A stretch of 64,000 bases of DNA from Opitutia bacterium (GTDB lineage Bacteria; Verrucomicrobiota; Verrucomicrobiia; Opitutales; T3Sed10-336), in contig JBJHCF010000001.1 of NCBI GenBank assembly GCA_050506795.1, forward strand, positions 1 through 64,000. Direction: 5' to 3'. The position numbers and the translations under genes are program-made. The notes under the pieces were generated by a model. That model was given only the letters and a program-made list of their open reading frames with translations, was not told the DNA's origin and did no database searches. Positions 48,277-57,598 of this stretch are shown here, in pieces (position 1 is the stretch's first letter; every line of letters begins with the position of its first letter).

Positions 48277-48294
48277 AGATCTTTCGAAAGATCT
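48277..48294. promoter_or_regulatory. Perfect 18-bp palindrome AGATCTTTCGAAAGATCT adjoining TTGACA
   Basis: Read directly in the divergent recQ/VTC intergenic region. Confidence 0.4.
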
Positions 48295-48570
48295 TGGATC
48301 AGGGAGGTAAAATTACTGTTAGATTGGATTATAGGCACACTGAATGCGTCAAAACCGCGTTGCAGGTGATAGCCTTGCCCAGGCAGGTCGGGTGTCACCT
48401 GTTGCGGCTGAATCGTTGGAGGCTCAGCCTTTACGCTTGATTGCCACGTCCAGATGTCACTATTTCGTAACATTTTCGCTGATCGTAGACCGCACCCCGC
48501 CGTGACCGGAGTACGATTTCTTATGCGCGGTTCGTAACCCGCTGGCGTCCAATTACGAATTTTTTTAATT

Positions 48571-49422
48571 ATGTCCCGTGATCGCCTTCAGTCCCAACGT
48601 TTCGAGCTCAAGTATATAATCCAAAACAACCTGGCTTTAGCCATCCGTGATTTTGTGGCGTCTTATTTGGAGCTGGACGAATTCGCGGCGACCCGCCCGG
48701 ATTTATCCTACCCGGTGCACAGCCTCTATCTCGATTCGGACGTTTACACGCTCTACCAGCGCACGATCAACGGAGACAAGAACCGTTTCAAACTCCGCTT
48801 GCGTTTCTACGAAAACCGTCCGGGGGCTCCGGTGTATTGCGAAATCAAGAGCCGGCACGACAACACGATCAGCAAGCAGCGCGGCGCGATTCACCGCGAT
48901 GCGGTGGATACCGTGTTGGCCGGACAGCTGCCCGAGGAAGCCCAGATGGCTTCCGACGATCCCAAACACCTCTTCGCGCTGCAAAATTTCGTTCAGTACG
49001 TCAACGAACTGCGCGCCCGTCCGCGGGTGCACGTCGCCTACCTGAGGGAAGCCTGGATGCCGAGCGGAGGAGGCAATTCGGTGCGGGTCACTATGGACCG
49101 AAAGGTTCGCAGTTGCCCGGAACCCACCGCGCGATTGGTGGCGGAGATGGACGATCCGGTGTTTGTTTTTGGTGACATGGTGGTCCTCGAATTGAAATTC
49201 ACCGGACGTTTCCCCGATTGGTTCGCCGATTTGGTCAGAGTCTTCGGCTTGCGTCAGACTTCGGCAGCCAAGTATGTTGACGGGGTGGAGCTTATGGAGG
49301 AGAAGCATATTTTGAACCAGGGATATCGTCCCACCGGCAGTGGTTTCGGCCGGGAGCGGGCGCGAAAAATTCGGCCCAGCGGCCTCGCGTTCGGTGAATA
49401 CCAATCGCCCACTTCGACATGA
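48571..49422 (+). CDS. VTC-domain (polyphosphate polymerase-like) protein
   Basis: RFELKY, SLYLD, RFKLRLRFY, EIK, Y.REAW, RVTMD, VLELKF, KY. Confidence 0.88.
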   Translation: MSRDRLQSQRFELKYIIQNNLALAIRDFVASYLELDEFAATRPDLSYPVHSLYLDSDVYTLYQRTINGDKNRFKLRLRFYENRPGAPVYCEIKSRHDNTISKQRGAIHRDAVDTVLAGQLPEEAQMASDDPKHLFALQNFVQYVNELRARPRVHVAYLREAWMPSGGGNSVRVTMDRKVRSCPEPTARLVAEMDDPVFVFGDMVVLELKFTGRFPDWFADLVRVFGLRQTSAAKYVDGVELMEEKHILNQGYRPTGSGFGRERARKIRPSGLAFGEYQSPTST

Positions 49423-50105
49423 TTGAGCAGCTAATATCGGGAGATCTCACCCACGATCCGGTCAATATGCCAATGTTGGTCCTCGGGCTCTTGCTCGCCT
49501 TTTTGGGCGGTCAGGTGCTGGCCTGGGTTTACATGCTGACTCACAGCGGGCTTTCCTATTCGCGTTCCTACGTGAACTCGCTCGTGATTATCCCGTTTCT
49601 GGTGGCGATGGTCATGACGGTGTTGGCGGACAACCTGATCACGGCCTTCGGATTGATGGCGCTTTTCGCCATCGTCAGGTTCCGTAATATTCTTCGGGAT
49701 ACGCTGGACACGTGTTACATCCTCGCCGGAATAACCGTGGGCATGGCCTGCGGAACGCAGCGCCACGGCACGGCGGTGATCGGTTTGATCATTATGTCCG
49801 GAATTCTCATTTATCTCCGGTACTCCTATTTCGGCAGCCGGCAAAGATATGATCTGGTGCTGAATCTTCGCTGGGACCGGCCCCTGACCGAACTTAACGC
49901 CTTGTCCGAGCTCCTGCGCCGGCACAGCCGCCGTGCCCATTGCGCCAGCCAGCGGGCGCACGATGAGGGTGAGGGTACCGACCTTTCCTACCGGCTTCTT
50001 CTTCGGGACCCTTCGCGGTTGGAGGACCTTTTCAGCGAAGTGCGCGCGTTGCCCGGGACCGCCCGGGTAACCGGGTTGACCGCCCAGGATGAATCCGAAT
50101 TGTAG
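49419..50105 (+). CDS. DUF4956 membrane protein
   Basis: AFGLMALFAIVRFRN..RDT.D, GMACG; ACT-like tail; ATGA overlap with the VTC gene. Confidence 0.85.
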   Translation: MIEQLISGDLTHDPVNMPMLVLGLLLAFLGGQVLAWVYMLTHSGLSYSRSYVNSLVIIPFLVAMVMTVLADNLITAFGLMALFAIVRFRNILRDTLDTCYILAGITVGMACGTQRHGTAVIGLIIMSGILIYLRYSYFGSRQRYDLVLNLRWDRPLTELNALSELLRRHSRRAHCASQRAHDEGEGTDLSYRLLLRDPSRLEDLFSEVRALPGTARVTGLTAQDESEL

Positions 50106-50107
50106 TC

Positions 50108-51202
50108 ATGAAGAATACCAAGCTCGCACCGATCCCGATGCCGCTGAGCGTGAAGTGGCGCGAATTTCGCGTTCAGGCTCTGCCGTTTATCGTTTTTATC
50201 GCCGTGATCGCGGCGACCTTGCTGCTCTGGAAGGAAAAGACGGCTCCAGGGGCGATGACCGGCCAGGTGGAAGGCGCCATGGAAGTCGTCACCGCGCCGG
50301 TGTCCGGATCCCTGGCCGAGCTGTTTGTCAACCGTTTCGACGAGGTGTCGGCGGGCGAGGTGATCGGACGGGTCATCCGCACCCCGCCCGATGTCCTGCA
50401 CGCCTCCCTGGCTATCTTGCGCAAGGAAATCGAAATGACCCGTCTGGGCTGGTTCGATCCCGTGCTCGATCGGCAACGCAATCTGTTGCAACTCGAAGAA
50501 TTGAAACTCGACCTGCTCGACCGGCGAGCGGGTCTTGCGATCCGGCGCATCGAGCTCGATCGCGCGGAGCGGGCCGACGCGCGTTACACCCGTCTTTTCG
50601 AACAGGGAACGGTCTCGGAGGAAGCTTTCGAGCAGGCGCGTGAGGAGGCCGATGTCCTGCGGGCCATGGTCGCTGAGGAAGAGCGTTTGATCGAGGAGAT
50701 CACACGAACCCTCGAAGGGCTCGGGCACGGACCTGACGAGAACCGGACCGGGGTTTCCGATGTGATCTCCGCCACCCTGGCCTGGCACGAGGAACGTCTG
50801 AATCTCACCGAGGCGGAGCTTCGTCCGGTGCCGCTGGTGGCGCCGATCTCAGGAACCGTTTCCGAAGTGGTTCGGGCTAATCGGGGGCACCTGACGGAGG
50901 GCGAACCGGTCCTGACCATTCGCTCTCCGGTCCCGGAAAGGGTGGTCGCTTATCTCCAGCCGCCTCTGAGATTCGATCCCGAGGTGGGTCGCGAGGTCCG
51001 GGTGCGGGCGCGCAACGCTGGCAAATCCGAGGGAACCGGTCAGATTCTGGCCGTGGGGCCGCAAATCGAACCTCTGGCCCCGGCGCTGGAGCGACCGTTC
51101 GTGAATGTTTACCAGTCGGGTCTGCCCATTCTTATCAGTCTGCCGCCCACGCTCCAGGTGCGGCCGGGCGAAGTGGTGGATGTCGATCTTCTCGACCGTT
51201 GA
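50108..51202 (+). CDS. HlyD-family periplasmic adaptor
   Basis: TM; lipoyl halves VTAPVSG and LVAPISGTV flanking a coiled coil; VRPGEVVDV. Confidence 0.8.
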   Translation: MKNTKLAPIPMPLSVKWREFRVQALPFIVFIAVIAATLLLWKEKTAPGAMTGQVEGAMEVVTAPVSGSLAELFVNRFDEVSAGEVIGRVIRTPPDVLHASLAILRKEIEMTRLGWFDPVLDRQRNLLQLEELKLDLLDRRAGLAIRRIELDRAERADARYTRLFEQGTVSEEAFEQAREEADVLRAMVAEEERLIEEITRTLEGLGHGPDENRTGVSDVISATLAWHEERLNLTEAELRPVPLVAPISGTVSEVVRANRGHLTEGEPVLTIRSPVPERVVAYLQPPLRFDPEVGREVRVRARNAGKSEGTGQILAVGPQIEPLAPALERPFVNVYQSGLPILISLPPTLQVRPGEVVDVDLLDR

Positions 51203-51282
51203 CGGCATTCCGCTTCCGGGGGGGGTAAATTTAGACTTTTACCTTGACGGTGAGAACAGCGCGGGTGTCATTCTTGGGTAAC

Positions 51283-51534
51283 GTGAAGATCACTGTATTC
51301 GTGACACCGAAGAAAAACGTTTTGGACCCGCAGGGCGCCGCGGTCGCGCATGCCATGACCAGTCTGGGGTTTCAGAATCTTAAGAATGTCCGCATGGGCA
51401 AAGTAATCGAACTGGAGCTTGACGGCGAGCCGGACGAGGCCTTCAACGCTTCGGTTGACAAGATTTGCCGCGATCTCCTGAGCAATCCGGTGATCGAGGA
51501 CTACCGCTGGGCCATTGAGCCGACGGGCGCATGA
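51283..51534 (+). CDS. purS: FGAM synthase subunit PurS
   Basis: VLDPQG, VRMGK, LLSNPVIEDY. Confidence 0.95.
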   Translation: MKITVFVTPKKNVLDPQGAAVAHAMTSLGFQNLKNVRMGKVIELELDGEPDEAFNASVDKICRDLLSNPVIEDYRWAIEPTGA

Positions 51535-52244
51535 AGACGGCTGTCATTCAATTTCCCGGTTCCAACTGCGACCGGGACGCCGTGCATGCGTTTTCCGGCG
51601 CTCTGGGCCAACCCGCCAGGCTGATCTGGCATAAGGACACGTCCCTGGGCGACGCCGACCTGGTGGTGCTTCCCGGTGGTTTTTCCTTTGGCGATTACCT
51701 GCGTTGCGGCGCCATCGCACGTTTTTCCCCAATCATGCGGGCCGTGAGCGAGTTTGCCGACAACGGCGGCGTGGTGCTGGGGATCTGCAACGGTTTTCAG
51801 GTGCTTTGTGAAGCCGGTTTGTTGCCGGGAGCGCTCATTCGCAACGAATGCCTCGAGTTTCGCTGCCGGACCGTGGAGTTGCGGGTGGAAGACGCCGGGC
51901 CTTTCTTCAACCGCGAGCGCCTGGGCGAACGTTTGTTGATCCCGGTGGCGCACGGGGAGGGAAACTACCTGATCGACCCGGAGGGCCTGGAGGCGCTGCG
52001 CCGCCACGAACAGATTTTATTCCGCTACCTCCCGCGAAGCACCGGCGGCTCCTCCCTGCTCGAAAATCCCAACGGCTCCATGGACAATATCGCCGGCATT
52101 CGCAATCGGCGCGGAAACGTTTTTGGCATGATGCCGCATCCGGAGCGGGCGGTGGAAGACTTTCATCCGAGCCGGGACGGCATCCCCGTGCTCAAAGCCG
52201 TTTTGGCGGCCGCGGCCGGGACCCGGCCCGAGGTGGGTGTTTGA
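51531..52244 (+). CDS. purQ: FGAM synthase subunit PurQ
   Basis: [32 protein letters not shown]. Confidence 0.97.
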   Translation: MKTAVIQFPGSNCDRDAVHAFSGALGQPARLIWHKDTSLGDADLVVLPGGFSFGDYLRCGAIARFSPIMRAVSEFADNGGVVLGICNGFQVLCEAGLLPGALIRNECLEFRCRTVELRVEDAGPFFNRERLGERLLIPVAHGEGNYLIDPEGLEALRRHEQILFRYLPRSTGGSSLLENPNGSMDNIAGIRNRRGNVFGMMPHPERAVEDFHPSRDGIPVLKAVLAAAAGTRPEVGV

Positions 52245-52266
52245 TGCCGGCGGAGATCCGATCGTT

Positions 52267-54594
52267 ATGACCGTATCACAAAAATTGCCTCCCAATCCGG
52301 ACCCGGTGCTCAATGTGGAGATCACCGCCGATCTGGTGGAGAAACATGGTATTCTGCCTGAGGAGTACGCGAAAATCGTGACCGAACTCGGCCGCGAACC
52401 GACCCTGACCGAGTTGGGCATCTTCAGCGTCATGTGGTCGGAGCATTGCTCCTACAAGAACTCGCGTCCGCTCCTGAAACAGTTTCCTACCGACAAAGCC
52501 CACTCCGACCCGCCGTATGGCCGGGTTCTGATCAAAGCGGGTGAGGAAAACGCCGGCGTGATCGACATCGGGGGCGGCTGGGCCATCTCCTTTAAAATCG
52601 AATCGCACAATCACCCCAGCGCGGTGGAACCTTTCGAGGGAGCGGCCACCGGGGTGGGAGGTATTATTCGCGACATCTTCACCATGGGCGCACGCCCGGT
52701 GTTGCTGACCAACTCCCTGCGTTTCGGCAGCCTGGAGTCGGAAACGGTGCGTCACATCTTCCGCGGGGTCGTCGCCGGTATCGCTCACTACGGCAACTGC
52801 ATGGGGATCCCGACCGTGGGCGGAGACATCTACTTCGATCCCAGCTACGAGGGAAATCCTCTGGTCAACGCCCTTTGCCTGGGCGTGCTCCGCCACGACC
52901 AGATCAAACGCGGCGCGGCGTCCGGCGTGGGCAACCCGGTCTATTACGTCGGCGCCTCGACCGGTCGCGATGGATTGGGGGGAGCCAGCTTCGCTTCCCG
53001 TGAATTGACCGAAGAGAGCCAGGCCGATAGGCCCGCGGTGCAGAAGGGCGATCCGTTCATGGAAAAACTGCTCATGGAGGCCTGCCTGGAAATGATGGCG
53101 GTGCCGGGGCTGGTGGTGGGGATCCAGGATATGGGCGCCGCCGGGCTGACCTGTTCCAGTTGTGAGACCGCGGCCCGGGGCAACGCCGGGATCGAGATCG
53201 AACTCGACCGGGTGCCGCAGCGGGAGACGGGCATGAACTCCTACGAGATCATGCTCTCCGAGAGTCAGGAACGTATGCTGGTCATCGTAAAGCGGGGCCG
53301 GGAAAAAGAGATTGAAGCCATCTTTGAAAAGTGGGACCTCCACGCGGAACAGGTCGGCGAGGTCACCGAGGGCGACCGTATGGTGGTGCGGCATCACGGC
53401 ACTGTGGTGGCCGACATTCCGGCCAAACTGCTCACCGATGAAGGGCCGGTTTACCAGCGCGAGGCCCGCGAACCGGAATACCTCCGGGAAACCCGCGCCT
53501 GGACTCCCGACCGTCTGCCGGCGCCGACGTCGGAAGCCCTTTACGGCGTCCTGCCCGACCTTCTGGCCCATCCGACGATCGCTTCCAAACGCTGGGTCTA
53601 CCAGCAGTACGATCACATGGTGATGGCGGGCACCGTGGTGGAACCGGGAAGCGATGCCGCGGTGGTCCGTTTGCGGCTGGGCGACGAGGAGAAACTGGTC
53701 GCCATCGCCAACGATTGCAACGGTCGCTACTGTTACTTGAATCCCTACCGGGGAGGGGTGATCGCCATGGTCGAATGTATGCGAAACCTGGCCTGCAGCG
53801 GAGCTTCACCCCTGGGAATGACCGACAACCTCAACTTCGGCAATCCCTACAAACCCGAGGTGTTCTACATGATGAAGGAATCGGTGCGCGGATTGGCGGA
53901 TGCCTGCCGCGCCTTCGATGTGCCGGTCTCGGGCGGCAACGTCAGCCTTTATAACGAAAATCGAGATGGCGCCATCGATCCCACTCCGGTGGTTTCCGTG
54001 GCGGGGCTGATCGAGGATCCGGCCCATGTAACCCGGCAATTCTGCCGCCGCTCCAGCGACCGGCTGGTGCTTCTGGGCGGATATCCCCATGAACTGGGCG
54101 GCAGCCTGTTCCTGGAGGTGGGTCACGGCCTCAAAACCGGCGATGCCCCGGCGGTCGATCTGGAGGGCGAAAAACGCCTTCACGCCTTTATCCTGCAAAG
54201 TATCCGCGAGGGCCGGGTCACGGCGGCCCACGATCTCTCCGAAGGCGGCATGCTGGTGGCCGTTGCCGAAATGCTTTTCGGCGACTCCCCACTGGGCGCC
54301 GACCTGGAACTGTCCGGAGTGGACGAGCGGATCCGTCCCGAGGCCATACTCTACGGCGAAAGCCAGGGACGGGTGATCCTGGCGGTGCCGGAGGCGGAAG
54401 CCGAGGCGCTGCTGGAGCGGGCGAAAGAGGCGGAGGTGCCGGCGTTGATGATCGGAGCGGTGACCTCCGGGCCGTTACTGTCGGTCTCCTGTCCGGAGAA
54501 AAACCTCGCCTGTCAGTGGGAGGTCAAAGCCTTGAAGGAAAAATGGGAGCGTGCCATACCGGACGCCATGCGGCTGCCCGGCCTGCCCGATTGA
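52267..54594 (+). CDS. purL: FGAM synthase subunit PurL
   Basis: MWSEHCSYK, ESHNHPS, QDMGAAG, SESQERM, GGNVSLYN. Confidence 0.97.
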   Translation: MTVSQKLPPNPDPVLNVEITADLVEKHGILPEEYAKIVTELGREPTLTELGIFSVMWSEHCSYKNSRPLLKQFPTDKAHSDPPYGRVLIKAGEENAGVIDIGGGWAISFKIESHNHPSAVEPFEGAATGVGGIIRDIFTMGARPVLLTNSLRFGSLESETVRHIFRGVVAGIAHYGNCMGIPTVGGDIYFDPSYEGNPLVNALCLGVLRHDQIKRGAASGVGNPVYYVGASTGRDGLGGASFASRELTEESQADRPAVQKGDPFMEKLLMEACLEMMAVPGLVVGIQDMGAAGLTCSSCETAARGNAGIEIELDRVPQRETGMNSYEIMLSESQERMLVIVKRGREKEIEAIFEKWDLHAEQVGEVTEGDRMVVRHHGTVVADIPAKLLTDEGPVYQREAREPEYLRETRAWTPDRLPAPTSEALYGVLPDLLAHPTIASKRWVYQQYDHMVMAGTVVEPGSDAAVVRLRLGDEEKLVAIANDCNGRYCYLNPYRGGVIAMVECMRNLACSGASPLGMTDNLNFGNPYKPEVFYMMKESVRGLADACRAFDVPVSGGNVSLYNENRDGAIDPTPVVSVAGLIEDPAHVTRQFCRRSSDRLVLLGGYPHELGGSLFLEVGHGLKTGDAPAVDLEGEKRLHAFILQSIREGRVTAAHDLSEGGMLVAVAEMLFGDSPLGADLELSGVDERIRPEAILYGESQGRVILAVPEAEAEALLERAKEAEVPALMIGAVTSGPLLSVSCPEKNLACQWEVKALKEKWERAIPDAMRLPGLPD

Positions 54595-54598
54595 ATCC

Positions 54599-56512
54599 AT
54601 GAGCGATCCGATCAAACACGAATGCGGCGTCGCCATCGTGCGCCTGCGCAAACCCCTGGAGTATTTCCAGGAGAAGTACGGCAATCCCCTTTACGGATTC
54701 CACCGTCTTTTCCTCCTGATGGAAAAGCAGCACAACCGGGGACAGGATGGCGCCGGGGTGGCGGCGATGAAGCTGGGCATGCCGGCCGGCAAGCCGTACA
54801 TTTTCCGGGCGCGCAACATCAAAACCAATCCGCTGGATCGCATTTTCCGCAGTTTGCTCAGAGACTACGAGAAACTGGTCAAATCCGGCGATGTGCACCC
54901 GGAGTTCCCGGCCAGCGTAAAGGAGAACTTCGATTTCGGCGCCGAGGTTTACCTGGGCCACCTCCGATACGGCACGTTCGGCGGATACAGTATGGGATCC
55001 TGTCATCCCTATTTCCGCAAGAGCAACTGGCCGGCCAAGAACCTGGTCATCGCCGGAAATTTCAATCTCACCAACACACCCGAGCTCAACGACCGTTTGA
55101 TCGAAATGGGGCAGCATCCGATTTACGATTCGGACACGCAGACCCTGCTGGAGAAGGTCGGTCACCACCTCGATGTCGAACACGACCGGTTGTACGAGAA
55201 ACACCGAAGCAATGGATTGAACGGGGTGGACGCGGTGGAGGCCCTCGGTCGTGAAATCGACCCCTCCCGCATCATCGCCGAGGCTTCGAGGGAGTGGGAT
55301 GGCGGTTATACCATCGTGGGTTGTATCGGAAACGGAGATACGTTCGCCCTGCGCGATCCTCGGGGCATTCGTCCGTGCCACTACTACGTCGACGACGAAG
55401 TGCTGGCCGTCGCTTCCGAGCGGGCGCCGCTGATGACCGTCTTCAGCGTCGAGGCCGGGGAGGTGCATTCCGTGCGTCCCGGGCATGTGGTGATGATGAA
55501 GGCCGACGGCGAACTTCACGAGAAGCCCTACGCGGAAGCGGTCAAGCCAACCCCTTGCTCCTTCGAACGAATTTATTTCTCCCGCGGCAACGATCCCGAC
55601 ATCTACCGGGAGCGCAAGGCCCTGGGGGGCGCGCTGACCGATCAGATCCTTCAGGCGATCGACAACGACCTCGACCGGGCGGTATTCGGTTATATTCCCA
55701 ACACCGCGGAAACGGCTTACTATGGGATGATGGAGGTCCTTCGCAACCGCCGCCGGGAGCAAGTCAAGGAGGAGATCCTGAAGGCTTCCCGCCAAGGAGC
55801 GATAACTCCCGAACTGCTGGACCGGCTCATTATGGCCAACTGGCCCCGATCCGAGAAGGTGGCGCACAAGGATATCAAGCTGCGTACTTTCATCAGCCAG
55901 GAAAAATGGCGCAAGGATCTGGCGTCGCACGTTTACGACATCAGTTACGGTGTGGTGAGCCCAGAGGACGCCCTGGTCTGTATCGATGATTCCATCGTCC
56001 GCGGCACCACACTCCGGTTTTCCATCCTGAAGATTCTCTCCCGGCTGAATCCACGTAAAATCGTTATTGTTTCCACCGCCCCGCAGATCCGGTACCCGGA
56101 CTGTTACGGGATCGACATGTCGGAACTCGGCAAGTTTATCGCCTTCGAAGCGGCCATCGCCCTGATCAAGGAGCGGGGTATGAAGGATCTCATTCAGGAG
56201 GTTTACCGCGCCTGCCTCAAGGAGGTCGAAAAACCGACCGGGGAGATCCGGAACCGGGTGAAGGACATTTACGCGCCCTTTTCCGCCGAGGAGATCTCCG
56301 CCAGGATTTCCCGGTTGGTGCGCCCCCGGAACAACGGTTGGAAAGGGGAGGTACAGGTTATTTTTCAGACTATTGAAAATCTGCACCACTCATTGCCGGA
56401 ACACGGCGGAGACTGGTATTTCACCGGCAATTACCCGACTCCCGGCGGTTACAAGGTGGTGAACAAAGCCTTTATCAATTACTACGAGAATCTTGAAGGC
56501 CGGAGTTATTGA
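54599..56512 (+). CDS. purF: Amidophosphoribosyltransferase, long form
   Basis: MSDPIKHECG, QHNRGQDGAG, GHLRYGT, CSFERIYFSR, DDSIVRGTT, YGIDM. Confidence 0.93.
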   Translation: MSDPIKHECGVAIVRLRKPLEYFQEKYGNPLYGFHRLFLLMEKQHNRGQDGAGVAAMKLGMPAGKPYIFRARNIKTNPLDRIFRSLLRDYEKLVKSGDVHPEFPASVKENFDFGAEVYLGHLRYGTFGGYSMGSCHPYFRKSNWPAKNLVIAGNFNLTNTPELNDRLIEMGQHPIYDSDTQTLLEKVGHHLDVEHDRLYEKHRSNGLNGVDAVEALGREIDPSRIIAEASREWDGGYTIVGCIGNGDTFALRDPRGIRPCHYYVDDEVLAVASERAPLMTVFSVEAGEVHSVRPGHVVMMKADGELHEKPYAEAVKPTPCSFERIYFSRGNDPDIYRERKALGGALTDQILQAIDNDLDRAVFGYIPNTAETAYYGMMEVLRNRRREQVKEEILKASRQGAITPELLDRLIMANWPRSEKVAHKDIKLRTFISQEKWRKDLASHVYDISYGVVSPEDALVCIDDSIVRGTTLRFSILKILSRLNPRKIVIVSTAPQIRYPDCYGIDMSELGKFIAFEAAIALIKERGMKDLIQEVYRACLKEVEKPTGEIRNRVKDIYAPFSAEEISARISRLVRPRNNGWKGEVQVIFQTIENLHHSLPEHGGDWYFTGNYPTPGGYKVVNKAFINYYENLEGRSY

Positions 56513-56515
56513 GGC

Positions 56516-57376
56516 GTGCAGTTTCAGATTTATTCCACCGGGCTTTACGCCACATGGATCTTCCACACCACCTGCCACACGCTTTTCGATTGTGGCGAGG
56601 GCGCGGCCTCGTCGCTGGGCAAGCGGGTTTTCGGCATTGATCGGGTCTGTCTCACTCACGGACATACCGACCATATCGCCGGCCTTCCCACGCTGATCAA
56701 CGCCCGCAACCGATCGGTGGGAGATCCGTTTCGTCCCCTGACCATCTATTATCCCGCCGAGGACCGCCACATCCTCTCCATGAAGGAATTCATCCGCGCC
56801 ACCCAGGGAAACCGGCTGCGGTACCCCCTGACCTGGGAGGCGGTGCGCGAAGGCGCGATTCTTCCTCTCTCGGAGGATCACCGTACGGTGCTGGAGACCT
56901 TCCGCACGCAGCACAATCCCCGTTTGCTGTCGCTTGGATACCGTTTGGTGGAAAGGCGAAAACGCCTGCGGGAGGAGTTTCGCGAGCGGCCGGATATCGG
57001 CACCATTCTCCGCGACACCCCGGCGGAGGAAAAGTACCGTTACGAGGAGCCGTATGACGCCCGCCTCTGGACCTATACCGGCGATATGAATCGCTGCGAC
57101 CCGGAGGATGTGCGCGGGAGCGGTATTTTGCTCACCGACGCCACCTTTATCGATCCCGAGGACCGCGCCGCCGAAGAGGCCCGGCAGACCCACATGACCC
57201 TGGAGGAAGCCGTCGAACTGGCGGCCGACACGGAAGTGGATCACCTCTATGCCATCCACCTCTCCGAACGTTATTCACGGGATCGCATCGACGAAGCTGT
57301 GGAAGCCCAGCGCCGTCGCCACCCGAACCTGAAAATCACCGCCGTGTATCCCCGCCGCACCTACACGGCGAAATAG
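56516..57376 (+). CDS. rnz: MBL-fold tRNase Z, Thermotoga (TM) type
   Basis: LFDCGEG, THGHTDHIAGL, short arm ERRKRLREEF, YTGD, HLSERY. Confidence 0.75.
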   Translation: MQFQIYSTGLYATWIFHTTCHTLFDCGEGAASSLGKRVFGIDRVCLTHGHTDHIAGLPTLINARNRSVGDPFRPLTIYYPAEDRHILSMKEFIRATQGNRLRYPLTWEAVREGAILPLSEDHRTVLETFRTQHNPRLLSLGYRLVERRKRLREEFRERPDIGTILRDTPAEEKYRYEEPYDARLWTYTGDMNRCDPEDVRGSGILLTDATFIDPEDRAAEEARQTHMTLEEAVELAADTEVDHLYAIHLSERYSRDRIDEAVEAQRRRHPNLKITAVYPRRTYTAK

Positions 57377-57416
57377 TTAGCGCCGGCTTACCCGGCACCC
57401 CAATCCACCCGGCAAT

Positions 57417-57515
57417 AACAGCGGAAGTTGGGCTCACACGGAGCCACGGAGCTCACGGAGGTGGGTCCTGTAAAAATCTCCGTGACTTTGTGCCTCCGTG
57501 TGAGCCCAATTTTCC
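57417..57515. repeat. Dispersed palindromic CACGGAG/CTCCGTG element, copy 2
   Basis: ggaagttgggctcacacggag...ctccgtgtgagcccaattttcc near-perfect inverted repeat between convergent genes. Confidence 0.8.
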
Positions 57516-57598
57516 CTGAATCGTTACTTCATCAAACGAGAAACCGCCTCAACCTTGCCATTCCGGTTAACCCGGTTGCGAATGCCGGACCTCGTGAG

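Noticed and set aside
54524..56389. Long antisense ORFs (also 52276-53616, 46429-47763, 59330-60700, 21927-23153)
   Set aside because: Shadow frames of well-supported genes in GC-rich DNA, with no recognisable motifs.
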